A stretch of DNA of 64,000 nt from Eledone cirrhosa (taxonomy: Eukaryota): contig OZ024745.1 of the NCBI GenBank assembly GCA_964016885.1, forward strand, positions 65,844,001-65,908,000, given 5' to 3'. The notes beneath the pieces were generated by a model. It saw only the letters and a program-made list of their open reading frames with translations. It did no database searches and had not been told where the DNA came from. This document shows positions 1 through 11,726 of the stretch, one piece after another (position 1 is the stretch's first letter; each line of letters starts with the position of its first letter). A program made the position numbers and the translations under genes.

Positions 1-970
1 TTAGCCAGAATGAAGTATACTAATTATAATACTACAGTTTGTCCATATCGATTTAAAATAATAAATCAACAAAGACGAACTGCATTGCCAAATGGCCATG
101 ATGTTTAGACACATTTAAATTTCAAAATCAAACCTGTTCCGTAGATAAGTTTAAACTTTAAAATCCAAATGTGTTTCGAGATGAATAAGTGTAAGGAATA
201 TTATGTCCTGCTCTCTTCAGTAAACATCCAGGGACAAATTGATATGCTTCACTTCTAAATAATTTAAAAGACTGTGTAACGCACATGGTTCCCAGTTTCT
301 AGCAAGCCTCATACCCGTACTGCTAGAAATAACAGTCGTATATATGAGGCTACGTTCAGCTCAACCTAGGAGCAATTATATTATTAAGTGTAATGAATTC
401 TTTTACAATGGAATTAACTCGAAGAAAGAAATATTTCTGAGCCGTGTAATTCATTACACTTAATAATATAATTGCTCCTAGGTTGAGCTGAACGTAGCCT
501 CATATATACGACTGTTATTTCTAGCAGTACGGGTATGAGGCTAGCTAGAAACTGGGAACCATGTGCGTTACAAAGTCTTTTAAATTATTTAGAAGTGAAG
601 CATATCAATTTGTCCCTGGATGTTTACTGAAAAGAGCAGGACATGATATTCCTTACACTTATTCATCTCGAAACACATTTGGATTTTAAAGTTTAAACTT
701 ATCTACGGAACAGGTTTGATTTTGAAATTTAAATGTGTCTAAACATCATGGCCATTTGGCAATGCAGTTCGTCTTTGTTGATTTATTATTTTAAATCGAT
801 ATGGACAAACTGTAGTATTATAATTAGTATACTTCATTCTGGCTAAATTTTCTTTTACAATATAAATACAGATGTGTTGGTATTTGTGTTTCATCATATA
901 TATTAGTTTATACACGGCTCAGAAATATTTCTTTCTTCGAGCTAATTCCATTGTAAAAGAATTCATTACA

Positions 971-973
<3 letters not shown>
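1..973. mobile_element. Fold-back element with ~400-bp inverted arms and permuted terminal duplication (PLE pseudo-LTR-like), ending at (TA)n
   Basis: 1-399 is the near-perfect reverse complement of 448-846. The spacer 400-447 reappears reverse-complemented at 912-959. AATTCATTACACTT is directly repeated at 448 and 960. It may extend left of the window. Diverged homolog at ~10222-10720. Confidence 0.75.
160..228 (-). ncRNA. Hammerhead ribozyme-like motif with 36-nt stem-loop II (mirror copy 620-690 on +, core mutated to CTGAAAA)
   Basis: Minus strand reads CTGAAGA-gag...ctc-GAAA-cacat-TT. Stem II is closed by GAG/CTC; stem I is weak. Confidence 0.4.
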
Positions 974-1007
<34 letters not shown>

Positions 1008-1084
1008 TTGCGAGGATTTTGATATGAAATCATGTGTCGAAACAAATATTGTTATACTTAAAAAAAAAATAAAAAAAAATATAT

Positions 1085-1225
1085 ATAAATAAATACATAC
1101 ACAAGCACAATAACAACAAACACATATAAACACACACTAGTAAACTATAGAATACAATAACCAATACACAGTCACCCAAACACTATACACGCACGCAAAC
1201 GCATGCGCAGAGAACAAGACAAAAA

Positions 1226-1256
<31 letters not shown>

Positions 1257-1541
1257 ACAGACTAAATAAAGATGGCGTAGTCATACAATACAACAGGAGG
1301 AAATATAATAGCACCACTGATGATATTGCAGATGTGCAACGAAAGAACTTTGTTAGCCTATATATATGTGTTTGTGTCTATATTATATCTGTATTTTTGA
1401 CCGTTGGTCAGTCAATGGTAACATTGAGGACCGAATAAATTAAATTAACCGATATAAAAGACACAGAAGCGAAAACCAACCAAACAGCGAGTGTGTTCTG
1501 TTATTAATTCTGGCAATATTATTATACAAATATGACCCTCC

Positions 1542-1542
<1 letters not shown>
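1085..1542 (+). mobile_element. 3' end/UTR of a Penelope-like element
   Basis: The terminus GAAAACCAAC...GTGTGTT...ATGACCCTCCC before (AT)n matches the 3' terminus of the RT/GIY-YIG element at 11727-11790 (minus). Contains an HHR core at 1317-1344. Confidence 0.6.
1310..1358 (+). ncRNA. Minimal hammerhead ribozyme motif (degenerate)
   Basis: CTGATGA (1317-1323), stem II TTGCA-gatg-TGCAA, GAAA (1341-1344). Stems I and III are imperfect. Confidence 0.5.
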
Positions 1543-1573
<31 letters not shown>

Positions 1574-1576
<3 letters not shown>

Positions 1577-1788
1577 GAAAGAAATGTGGTAAGGAACCAG
1601 ATGTACCATAACGCACCAAAGTACTCAATACTTAGGGCAGTAGAGTGGGTAATAGGAACGAGTAGGACCCCGACGGCTGAGCTCAAGCCGTTTCGACGGC
1701 TAATTCTGGACTAAATTAGTCCAGAATTAGTCCAGAATTAGCCCTCGAAACGGCTTGAGCTCAGCCGTCGGGGTCCTACTCGTTCCTA
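1574..1788. mobile_element. ~215-bp fold-back element family B, copy 1, in (TA)n
   Basis: ATAGGAACGAGTAGGACCCCGACGGCTGAGCTCAAGCCGTTTCG (from ~1652) is inverted at ~1745-1788. (TA)n on both sides. Confidence 0.75.
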
Positions 1789-1790
1789 TA

Positions 1791-1831
<41 letters not shown>

Positions 1832-1833
<2 letters not shown>

Positions 1834-2042
1834 CGAAGGAAATGTGGTAAGGAACCAGGTGGACCATAACGCACCAAAGTACTCAATACTTGAGGTAGTA
1901 GAGTGGGTTATAGGAACCAGTAAGACCCCGACAGCTGAGCTCAAGCCGTTTCGAGGGCTAATTCTGGACTAATTCTGGACTAATTTAGTCCAGAATTAGC
2001 CGTCGAAACGGCTTGAGCTCAGCTGTCGGGGTCTTACTGGTT

Positions 2043-2046
<4 letters not shown>
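1832..2046. mobile_element. Fold-back element family B, copy 2 (tandem with copy 1)
   Basis: Highly similar to 1574-1788, same hairpin, separated by (TA)n. Confidence 0.75.
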
Positions 2047-2100
<54 letters not shown>

Positions 2101-2102
<2 letters not shown>

Positions 2103-2382
2103 GTAATTTGAGTTTTTCGAATATTAATAATAACATTCGATTCGTTTGCAATTATGCAAACAAGCCTCAATTTCATAGCCATGTCAGTAGAATGAACCCT
2201 TCATTCTTGCTCTTGTGTTGGCATGTGAACAGATCACATGCCAACACAAGAGCAAGAATGAAATGGCTATAAAATTGAGTCATGTTTGCATAATTGCAAA
2301 CGAATCGAATGTTATTATTGATATTCGAAAACCTCAGATTACATTTATTGTATTCAGCCATGTAGACCGAAAATTTTATTTT
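2101..2382. mobile_element. Fold-back element family C (short copy) in (TA)n
   Basis: Hairpin centred at ~2230 (GCATGTGAacagaTCACATGC). The arms match 6850-7018. Confidence 0.75.
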
Positions 2383-2400
2383 ATATATATATATATATAT

Positions 2401-2497
2401 CCGTATGTGGTTGAGTTCTTCTCTAATGACCCTGTGATAAACAGGCGAAACTCCAGAGTAACAAAACTCACTATGTAGCCCTAATAAAATGAATATA
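2401..2497 (+). mobile_element. Short PLE-terminus-like insert (family D) with degenerate hammerhead motif
   Basis: TTCT-CTAATGA-c-CCTGT-gataa-ACAGG-c-GAAA-ctcc-AGAG, then AATAAA. Homolog at 25719-25845. Confidence 0.45.
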
Positions 2498-2524
2498 TGT
2501 GTATATATATGCATGTGTGGATCT

Positions 2525-2530
2525 GTGTGT

Positions 2531-2622
<92 letters not shown>

Positions 2623-2645
2623 TCTGTGTGTGTGTGTGTCTGTGT
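2525..2645. repeat. (GT)n microsatellite
   Basis: Direct reading. Confidence 0.95.
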
Positions 2646-4607
2646 GAGTATGTGTATGTGCTTGTATGTGTTTTTGTGTGTGTATTCTTTATTGTGACTA
2701 AGTGGAGAATCTTGTTACTCTGGAGTTTCACCTGTACATTCACATGGTTAATACACAAGACTGGTTATCCTATGTGTGCACAGGCTGACTACTTAGCTAT
2801 AATATCTAAACTCTATTTTGGTTTTGACTACTCATTTTCACGTCCGTCATATAAATGTGTGTGAGCGTGCGGTGGTGTATGCAGCGAAATTATCCGTGGA
2901 AATGAAAAAGGAAAGAAATGGCCTATCTAGTGCAAGGGAGCTACTTTATTATAATACATACATGTAGCTTGTATTGTGTTACCTTCGGTTTCAAGCTTGA
3001 CATGTGTAGAAAGTATCCGGCTGGTTTAGGCACCTTTCAGCGAAAATGTCAGTCAGTAGCCTGTTTACTTCTTTTCAGTACCTCTACATTAGTAATCCGG
3101 TCTCGTTAAGTGATTTTCAGGATTTTTCTTAGGCCTCTATGCTGAACTTCATTAGAATTTTGGAACTGGAATTCTGTAAATGTTTGAAGCTGTTAAAATA
3201 TCATGTAAACGCAAAGTAAGATAGCTAGTGACTGAAACCAACACAGGTTTCATGTGTTCATGTTAATGTCTTTTTATCAGCGAATAAAATTACACCATTT
3301 TGCAGGCCAATGAACGAGATTTTGAGATGTTCAATCTGCTAAAAGCAGGTATCAAATCACATATCATACACTCTGCATAGAAAAAATTTTATTGTTTGAA
3401 ACATGATAGCATTTGATTTTTATCTATATATTATCAGTGTTAATCTAAACTGTGATCATGAGTGGCAATTTTGTTAGTGTATTCCATGTTATAGTATCTT
3501 AATATGAGTAACAATACAGAAGTTTCTGATTTCCTGAACAATTGCCAACCAATGAACGAATACCTATCTTAACCCTTCTTTGCATTAAATGTTACTTTTA
3601 TAATAAAAAAAAAGAGGAAAATAAGCTAAATAGAGATGGGGACAAACAGCATCAACAAATCCAATTTTATAATGGTGCTGCTGAATACAAAAAAGGAAAC
3701 ATATTCAACACTACTTAGGATCAATGTAACATACTCAAGTTAAAGGAATGTATTTATATAGGAATAGTGTAAGACTGTGGGATGTACATTCATTTATTTT
3801 CACGTAGATTATCAATAAAATGGAGGTAAAATAGTTCGAATGTTATTTCCAGGATCAATTTGCCAAGGAATAATATCTTATGGTACAAACGATTCTAAAT
3901 ATTTAAATCCGAGTATCCATTATAATAAAAGCATATATTTAGCTTTGCATTAACACTTATGTTATTCTCGAAAGGAAAAATAAAAAGCTAATCTAAGATT
4001 TTATCTAAATTTTATGGAGGGACGCTTGGTAGAAAGCTGGCGTTAAGGCTCCAATCCTCTTTGATTATCTTTTATTTTAATTTTATTATACGTGATGAGG
4101 AAATTAGAAAAGAATAGGGAAGTAGGCATCATTAAATCATCATTTATTAGGATATATTTATTTAAGCTATTCTTATGTTTTTCATATATATTTCTTTCTG
4201 AAATGTATATAATTCATAATGATACGTTGAACTTTTATTATACAGATGATATTTATCTTCTACTTATAACTAGTCGTGTAGGCTGCACAACGTAGACAAT
4301 GTTGTTCTTAATGATAGAATGATTATCCTAAAGAGTAAAGGTTTGTGTTGGAATAAATATGCTTTCAAAATCTTTAATTAACAGAAGCCTATTCTCGTGG
4401 AAAAAATAGATGTACTATACGGATTTGATGGAGTTTGCGTTCAGGATGATTGATACATTAAATATAGCTCAATAAACATCGGATAAATTAATAATAACAA
4501 ACAAATAATAAAAACTGTTATTCTGATAGTGCCAAATTTAATTATAATGGCTATATAGATGCTTTTATCAATGATAAAACTAATAATAATAATGTCATGC
4601 TGCTCGT

Positions 4608-4785
4608 GAGCGCCGCTGGTAACATTTAACGCAGTACATCATGTTGCAAGGTCGGGTCATCGGCGATTAAACCGGCAACTCCACCAAGCTTGCTTGGTGA
4701 GGAAAGTGATTTTCGGACACCCTGCGGGATAAAAATCAAAGCCCGTCAAAGGGTGGAGAAACTCCGGAGAATCAACGGCCATCCA
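4608..4785 (+). mobile_element. Structured 5' module of an RTE-like/bipartite retroelement family
   Basis: Homologous to 5823-5985 (-), 29211-29300 (+) and 50360-50545 (-): CTGGTAACAT...GGTCGGG...CTTGGTGAGGA...GGACACCCTG...CCCGTCAAAGGG. Confidence 0.55.
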
Positions 4786-5822
4786 ATAATATATTATATT
4801 CATTTCATTTATATATTTTTATATATCTGTATATTTTTTTATATGTATGTGTGTGTTTTTCTGTATTCGTATATATTTTTATACATCTGTATACGCTTTT
4901 ATATATTTAATCTCATGAGTAGGGGAGACCTTTAAGCTAGGTTGGCAAACCTCTTAAGAAGTTAAGACCACCGAACAATAAAGATTTGTCTTTTTACTTT
5001 TTTTCATTTTCCTAATTGCAGAATATAGAGTACTGGGATGGTCTCGAGCTAGGATAGCTCACATCAATTTTAAGGTCTGTGGGCCTCTTTGAGAAATAGG
5101 TTTTAACATTATGTTGCATTAGGCAAAACGATAATTAGGAACGTCATCATGTATTGATATATAATGTTAGAAAAACATGAAATCTTTACGGAACTATCAG
5201 GTTTGTAAATATTACGAATGAAAATATTCCTGGAATAATGGAAATTACATAGAAATCTTTCAATGTTTTGTAAATAATATTGTAATATTTTTGTAAATAT
5301 AACATCGTAGTTTTTAATTAATTTTTTACAGCTGTCAATACATCCTCCACTGGATGAGTAAACATATAATTAAAATTGTTCTCATATTTTAGCTGTAGAA
5401 CAGGCTATGTGCTTAAAAGCAGACACACATTGAATAACTATCACAGAATATGTGAACATGAACAGCTTTAGGTATACTCATATATTGAATATAAAAATGT
5501 TTTTAAAGTACAACAGGAATGCGTTTTAAATATAGGAGGTTACTAAAATGTGTATGATCAGTGTTAGGAGAGTACTTATATGGATTATCGGCTTATCGTT
5601 TCTGATTCTGTCAAAGTGTGGAATGTCACCTGTGTCCTTCCAGACAAAACTATCGTTTTATTGATCTCAGATGATTCAAGATAGCGTTGAATTTAAAAGT
5701 CATCTGGTTGTATACGTCAAATATAAACTACATATTCCAAGAGTTTTTAATGTTGCCAATCCTTGGAGTTTATAGTTTATGATGTAATTTAGTGAGATGG
5801 ATTCCTCGTTTGACGTTTTGTT

Positions 5823-5985
5823 CTGACTCTCCTGTGTTACTCCGCCATTTGACGGGTTTTGTCTTTAATCCCACAGGGTGTCCAAAATCACACTCCTCAC
5901 CAAGCTTGATGTGATTTCCGGTTTAACCACCGACAGCCCGACCATGCACAGGTTATACTAGGTTGCATGTTACCAGTAGCGCTCG
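5823..5985 (-). mobile_element. Second copy of the RTE-like 5' module
   Basis: Reverse complement aligns with 4608-4785. Confidence 0.55.
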
Positions 5986-6402
5986 TATATATGTATATAA
6001 ATTCAAGGGTAAGATATTGTCTAGACAAATGTATCCACATTATGCGCGCTTGTTTTTATGTTACTGCTCCTAATGAATTTTTTAAATTTATGTTAGTATA
6101 GCTGACTTTAGGTTCTAATAGTGACTATCTGTAGCACTTTGATTAACCTATATTTTTGTCAGACAATATGATTAATTACTTTACGTATTATTCAATAATT
6201 TAATACACACACACACACACACGCGCGCGCACACAAACAGACACACACGCGCGTGTGCGTATATATATATATAATAAATGTAATCTGAGTTTTTCGAATA
6301 TTAATAAAAAATAATCGATTCGTTTGCAATTATGCAAACAAGCCTCATTTTTAAAGCCATGTCAGTAGAATGAGCCCCTTATTATTGCTCTTGTGTTGGC
6401 AT

Positions 6403-6468
6403 GTAAACAGAACTGCAGATACTAAGATTTCTGGGTATTACCCTTCATCAGTACAGTTCACTGTTCAC
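6403..6468 (-). ncRNA. Mirror hammerhead ribozyme in the left arm
   Basis: Minus strand: GAACTGTA-CTGATGA-agggtaataccca-GAAA-tcttagta-TC-TGCAGTTC. Confidence 0.7.
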
Positions 6469-6792
6469 CTGCCAACTGTCAGAGCTAGTGAAAATATATG
6501 ATATTTTTTAAAATATACAGTGACTGATCGGCCTGATTTGCATATTAGCAGACTGGCTGATCAGTCCGATCTGCATATTAGCAGAATTTTTATTTATTTT
6601 TTTTGTTATTTGAATTTGGCAAAGCCGGCCATTAATCGCTGACAGGCCAGTTTGCTGATATGCAAATCTGGCAGATCAGTGGATCTGCTAATATGTAAAT
6701 CTGACTGACCAGCCAGTCTACAAATCAGGCCGATCAGTCAGTGTATCTTTTAGAAAATATCATATATTTTCACTAGCTCTGACAGTTGGCAG

Positions 6793-6858
6793 GTGAACAG
6801 TGAACTGTACTGAAGAGGGGTAATACCCAGAAACATTAGTGTCTGCAGTTCTGTTTAC
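6793..6858 (+). ncRNA. Type I minimal hammerhead ribozyme (GUC triplet)
   Basis: Stem I GTGAACA-gt-GAACTGTA / TGCAGTTC-TGTTTAC; CTGAAGA 6810-6816; stem II GGGT-aat-ACCC; GAAA 6830-6833; near-palindromic ACATTAGTGT; GTC 6841-6843. Confidence 0.8.
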
Positions 6859-7015
6859 ATACCAACACAAGAGCAAGAATGAAGGGTTCATTCTACTGAC
6901 ATGGCTTTAAAAATGAGGCTTGTTTGTATAATTGCAAACGAATCGAATATTATTGTTATTCGAAAAACTCAGATTACATTTATTGTTTTCAGCCATGTAG
7001 AGCGAAGATTTTTTT

Positions 7016-7104
<89 letters not shown>

Positions 7105-8377
7105 GAGAAAGAGAAAAGATGGAATGAATGTCAAAGTTGATTCACAACAGTGAATAAAAACAACAATACATTCTGTATCTGAAGCTCTAACGATTTTTTC
7201 GGTTCGTCGTATGTCGTGTGATGTGAGGGAAAACTGACAGCTATTTCTAGCAAGACTAGTCAAAGCAATATAATAAATCCATTATTGGCTCGATTTCAAT
7301 CGATTGTCATCAAATGTTATATAAAAAGCTAAAACATTACAAGGAATTTTATTAGAAAACAGGATTGCGATCTATTTACGAAACATCGTATTAATTCATG
7401 AAGCAAACCAACTCCGCCCAGTATTAAAACAAGCAAAATTAAATCCTATCTATTGTTATCAGAAACCCACTTAAAACGTCAACATTTAAGTACATTCGAT
7501 ATCACTCAACCAATAGGCTGTCATGAGGGATTAACAAACGCAGTCGGAACGCAGCTATTAATGATTTTTCGTCATGTCAGCAAATATAATGCCATCGAGT
7601 AGAATTTAAAACAAAAACAATAATAAATAGGTATTAATAATTTAATATTTCATTTAAAATTTTTTTCTCGGTTGTTTTTATATTCATGACGTACTTCATT
7701 TTTTTTTTACATTGTGAATCATGTTATACATTAAAACATTAGAAATTACTACGTAGCTACTGAAGCTAATTAACTCTTATAAATCGATGATCAGATGCAT
7801 TGTGCTCATCCACTTGAATGTGGGAAGAGGTTCTGTAATGATAAATGCTTGCTGAGTTGATTATGGCATCGGAGAATTAGATAGAGCGCGGAGTTAATAA
7901 ATAAAATGTGTCCATATTAAAATGAGGTCAAATAGAAGCATTTTATAATAAAACGAAGCATAAAGAATTAACTTCACTCTGCATTATAAAATCTGAATTT
8001 TCATTCATTCTAACATATGCTGAATAACATGCATAATGGAACATAATTTAAATGCCAGAGGAAGAAGTATATGTAACGAATGCAATGACACATGTGCGGA
8101 TATATATAGGGTGTCCCCCCAAAATGTTTACACACTTCAACAGCATTCTATAAATATTGCCTATACAGGTAATCAAATATGTGTATATATATACACATGT
8201 TTATCTTTTACATCTGTATGTATATATATATAGAAATGGCTTCTACAGGACTAGAACTTTTCATTCAATCGGGACAAATAATCAGGAAACCATTTCTTTA
8301 TTAAATAAATATTTATACTCTGCTATGTATTGAGCATCTTACTTACTGTGGTTACCTTCGATTGAACCCGGGATAAA

Positions 8378-8466
<89 letters not shown>

Positions 8467-8468
<2 letters not shown>

Positions 8469-8960
8469 AGGCAATAAAGTCTTTAATAACCCTTTAAATG
8501 AAAATGCTGAACATATTGAAACGAAAATTTATTTATTCTGCAAATCATAATCTCCATTGAATGCAATAACATCTTTAACTCTTTCTGGAACCGTTCCTTC
8601 GGCAAGTGTTGAAACCAGCGCAATGATTCATCTACCACCTCTTATGAAGCGAAAACAAATTTTCAAAGATGCTGCTTTAAAACCTTGAACAGTCAACGAT
8701 CGAACACATTTAAGTCGGGACTATAGGGTGATTGTTTGATCATTGACACTCTTGTCCCCTGGAAAAATGTTTTTGTGGATTGAGCAGTTCGATGCGTGTA
8801 TTATAAATTCAAAAGAATGACAGCAAAATTATGCATAGGCCTGTGCCAAAATACTGCACTCGTACAGAATATCACACGCATACAACAAAGTTAATATCCC
8901 AACTAATATTAGTTACATTTACTGCTATATTCTAAAGGCTTTATTGCCACACCAAGTATA
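8467..8960 (-). mobile_element. Tc1/mariner transposase remnant
   Basis: Minus-strand translation gives PYSPDLNVFD (~8700-8729) and a C-terminal RVKDVIAFNGDYDLQNK* (~8531-8586), both typical mariner motifs. Confidence 0.55.
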
Positions 8961-9021
8961 TATATATATATATATATATATTTATTTATTCATATTTATA
9001 TTAATATATATTTATATATAA

Positions 9022-9800
9022 GCACTCATAGAAGAAGTATTGCGTTTCGTCGGGAGATTCTGTGAATCAAATTAGACAAGACAAACAACCAATTTCGGAT
9101 CTTCAGCTATCCGTTCTGAGGATGGAAGCCATATATATCTCAGCCAAAGCGGTTGTTCCGAATTATACAGGATGAAGGGTGAATGACAATTCTATGACGA
9201 ATATATTTCGTCTTGGCATGCCTAACAGGGGCAGTGTGTGTCTTGGGAAAAGTCTGTGATTGAGAGCAGGATCGGTTGGAAACGAATTTTGCACGTGGAA
9301 GACAACCAGTGCCAGTTTATTTGTACTCTACAATTATGGAATGCTTCATAGTCCCACAAACCTGAAACTTTGAAAAGTAGAAGAGAGTGTCCTGCAGAAA
9401 TGCGAGAATGCTGAAACGACAAAACAAATACTGTCCAGTTGCCCACAAGACCAGACGAACAGGTGATGGTATAAAAAGGTGTGTAGTGTACAGGTGATGG
9501 TATAAAAAGGTGTTTTGTGTACTGGTTGATACAGTAGAAAAGAGGAGGAACAGGATAACGAACAGCAAGAGACGATAAGTAGTGACGAACAGTATGACGT
9601 TTTGTTAAGAAGAGCACTGCAAGCCCACCACTGTTAAAAATAAGGTTGATCCAAAATAAAAAGGGATTTTTGAGATTTTTTGAGACATTGTTTGACATTA
9701 AGATATGTAAGTAAAAACAAATATATCCCGAAATATTCTCGACATAATCATATATTTGCAGCACACTTCCCTGTATGCAGCATTAACATTATCGTGATCT
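9022..9800 (-). mobile_element. Probable non-coding PLE terminal segment ending at (TA)n, with HHR-like motif 9035-9116
   Basis: GC-richer insert. Minus strand reads GGATAG-CTGAAGA-(51 nt)-GAAA-cgcaa-TA near the TA-run end. Confidence 0.35.
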
Positions 9801-10126
9801 ATTGCTTAAATACACACAATTTGGTTTTCGATTCAACAAAGTCCCGGCATACTTTGCATATTTGTCTTGCTGCTGAAACAATCACTCTGGAGAATTAACT
9901 ATACAGGTCTAACCTCTTACAAATATAATCTGACGTTATCAACGATATATCTCACAGGAATATGATAAATATCACTTTTATAATGATATAAAGCAGTGAG
10001 GCATCACTTCTATCTGGCATTATAAATTGTGAAATTAAACTCATGAACAGCATACATAAATACTAAGAAATTAAATGCATCAATATAAGGAAATATATAT
10101 AAACATAAGCATTTATATAAGTACAC

Positions 10127-10209
<83 letters not shown>

Positions 10210-10221
10210 CCCGCATAAACG

Positions 10222-10725
10222 GCTGTTATTTCTAGCACCGGGAATGCGGGACGGCTAATTTGGCCTGGCTACACACGTGTAGTCAGACCTGCTAAATTTT
10301 TGATGTGGAATATACTAATTTTACTGGGTTCCTGTTGATAAGCACAGAAGATTTGGATATTTCACTTTTTATTTCAATTCCATTTCGATTCTCTTTATTT
10401 TTCAATTCACGTACCATCGTTGCGAAACATATTTAGGTTTCGAGGTTCAAATTCATCTACGGAGCGGGTTTGGATTTTGAAATTTAGATTTGTCCAGGAA
10501 TGACGGCCTTTGCCAATATAAGCTTGTCTTTATTGACTTATATCGAGGCAGACAAATTGTATTCACTTTAATTAGTTTATTTCATTAATGGCTAACTTTG
10601 CCTGTTACAATGCAAACACGTTTTGTGTTTATCATATATTTTAATGTATTTAACGGCTCGGAAATGCCTCTTTTCTTGGAGCTGAATTATTGTAAACGAC
10701 TGAGAGTTTATTCTCAAAATATAAT
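10222..10725 (+). mobile_element. Diverged copy of the 512-973 element between (TA)n tracts
   Basis: Shared blocks CTGTTATTTCTAGCA, CGAAACA.ATTT, TCTACGGA.C.GGTTTG, TTAATTAGT.TA.TTCATT..GGCTAA, ACGGCTC.GAAAT. Confidence 0.6.
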
Positions 10726-10728
10726 ATA

Positions 10729-10771
<43 letters not shown>

Positions 10772-11005
10772 AGTTAAGCAAAACAAGACCACAAATTTCA
10801 CAAGGAAGACATTATTAAAAGATTGTCAACATAGTTTTAGTTTAATGTAAGGAATGTAGAGAATAATAATATTAATAATAATAATAATAATAATAATGTC
10901 CGTTTACAATTGTTTCGCTACTCCATATAATGTTTCTGGATCAAATGATTATAGATCATTATTGATCTGGCTCAGTTGAAGATAATTGGTTACTCTTGAA
11001 CTGTG

Positions 11006-11055
<50 letters not shown>

Positions 11056-11061
11056 TGTGTA

Positions 11062-11140
<79 letters not shown>

Positions 11141-11311
11141 TAATGCAATGAAATACCTATGACCGTTGGTAAATCCCTGATGAGGGACTCATTTTATAAC
11201 ATGTTATCCATGTGCAACCATGCAGTGTTCTTCTCCCCATTTTTTCACATATATATATATATATATATATACCAAGATAATAATAAATGGAAACTATATT
11301 TATAAAACCAA

Positions 11312-11380
11312 ATTTATTTTATATATATTTCAAGAGCTACCAAGCAAATCTTGGTGCGATTTCATCAGATAAAATACAAA
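11312..11380 (-). ncRNA. Minimal hammerhead ribozyme motif
   Basis: Minus strand: TATTTTAT-CTGATGA-aatcGC-ACCAAG-atttg-CTTGGT-aGCtctt-GAAA-TATATA-TAAAATA. Confidence 0.5.
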
Positions 11381-11398
11381 ATTTATTTTGTAAATAAA

Positions 11399-11525
11399 TA
11401 ATTGTTTCTACTTTAGGCACAAGGCCAGCAAATACCCAGTGCATTACTGGTACTTTATTTTATCGACCCCGTAAGGACGAAAGGCAAAGTCAACCTCGGC
11501 GGGATTTGAACGCAGATCGTAAAGA
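11399..11525 (-). mobile_element. tRNA-derived SINE (family S1), 5'-truncated
   Basis: Reverse complement matches 20370-20487, including the B-box GTTCAAATCCC. Confidence 0.8.
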
Positions 11526-11619
11526 GTATGGGTATGTGATTTTGTAAATAAATAATGACATACCCATGGAAATCACACCTTAACGGTCCGAAAATTCGCT
11601 GGATAGAAAATTCACTCCT

Positions 11620-11725
<106 letters not shown>

Positions 11726-11726
11726 T

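Larger units (their letters stand above)
6273..7018. mobile_element. Fold-back element family C (long copy), ~265-bp inverted arms each containing a hammerhead ribozyme, in (TA)n
   Basis: 6273-6540 is inverted against 6721-6984. The spacer is built of ~35-bp units (GATTTGCATATTAGCAGA). TA runs on both sides. Confidence 0.8.

Noticed and set aside
1574-2046. CRISPR-like or tRNA-like repeats
   Set aside because: Eukaryotic context, no repeat-spacer periodicity and no cloverleaf. SINE heads elsewhere are tRNA-derived but are not tRNA genes.
2471-2864. ORFs rich in YI/CV/HT/ER/SL dipeptides here and throughout (e.g. 13932-14325, 48108-49298, 61389-61726)
   Set aside because: They are translations of microsatellites, not genes.
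9222-9764. 180-aa minus-strand ORF
   Set aside because: No recognisable motif or splice context; probably the non-coding part of a repeat.
11170-11200. CTGATGA core-like heptamer
   Set aside because: No downstream stem II-GAAA found.
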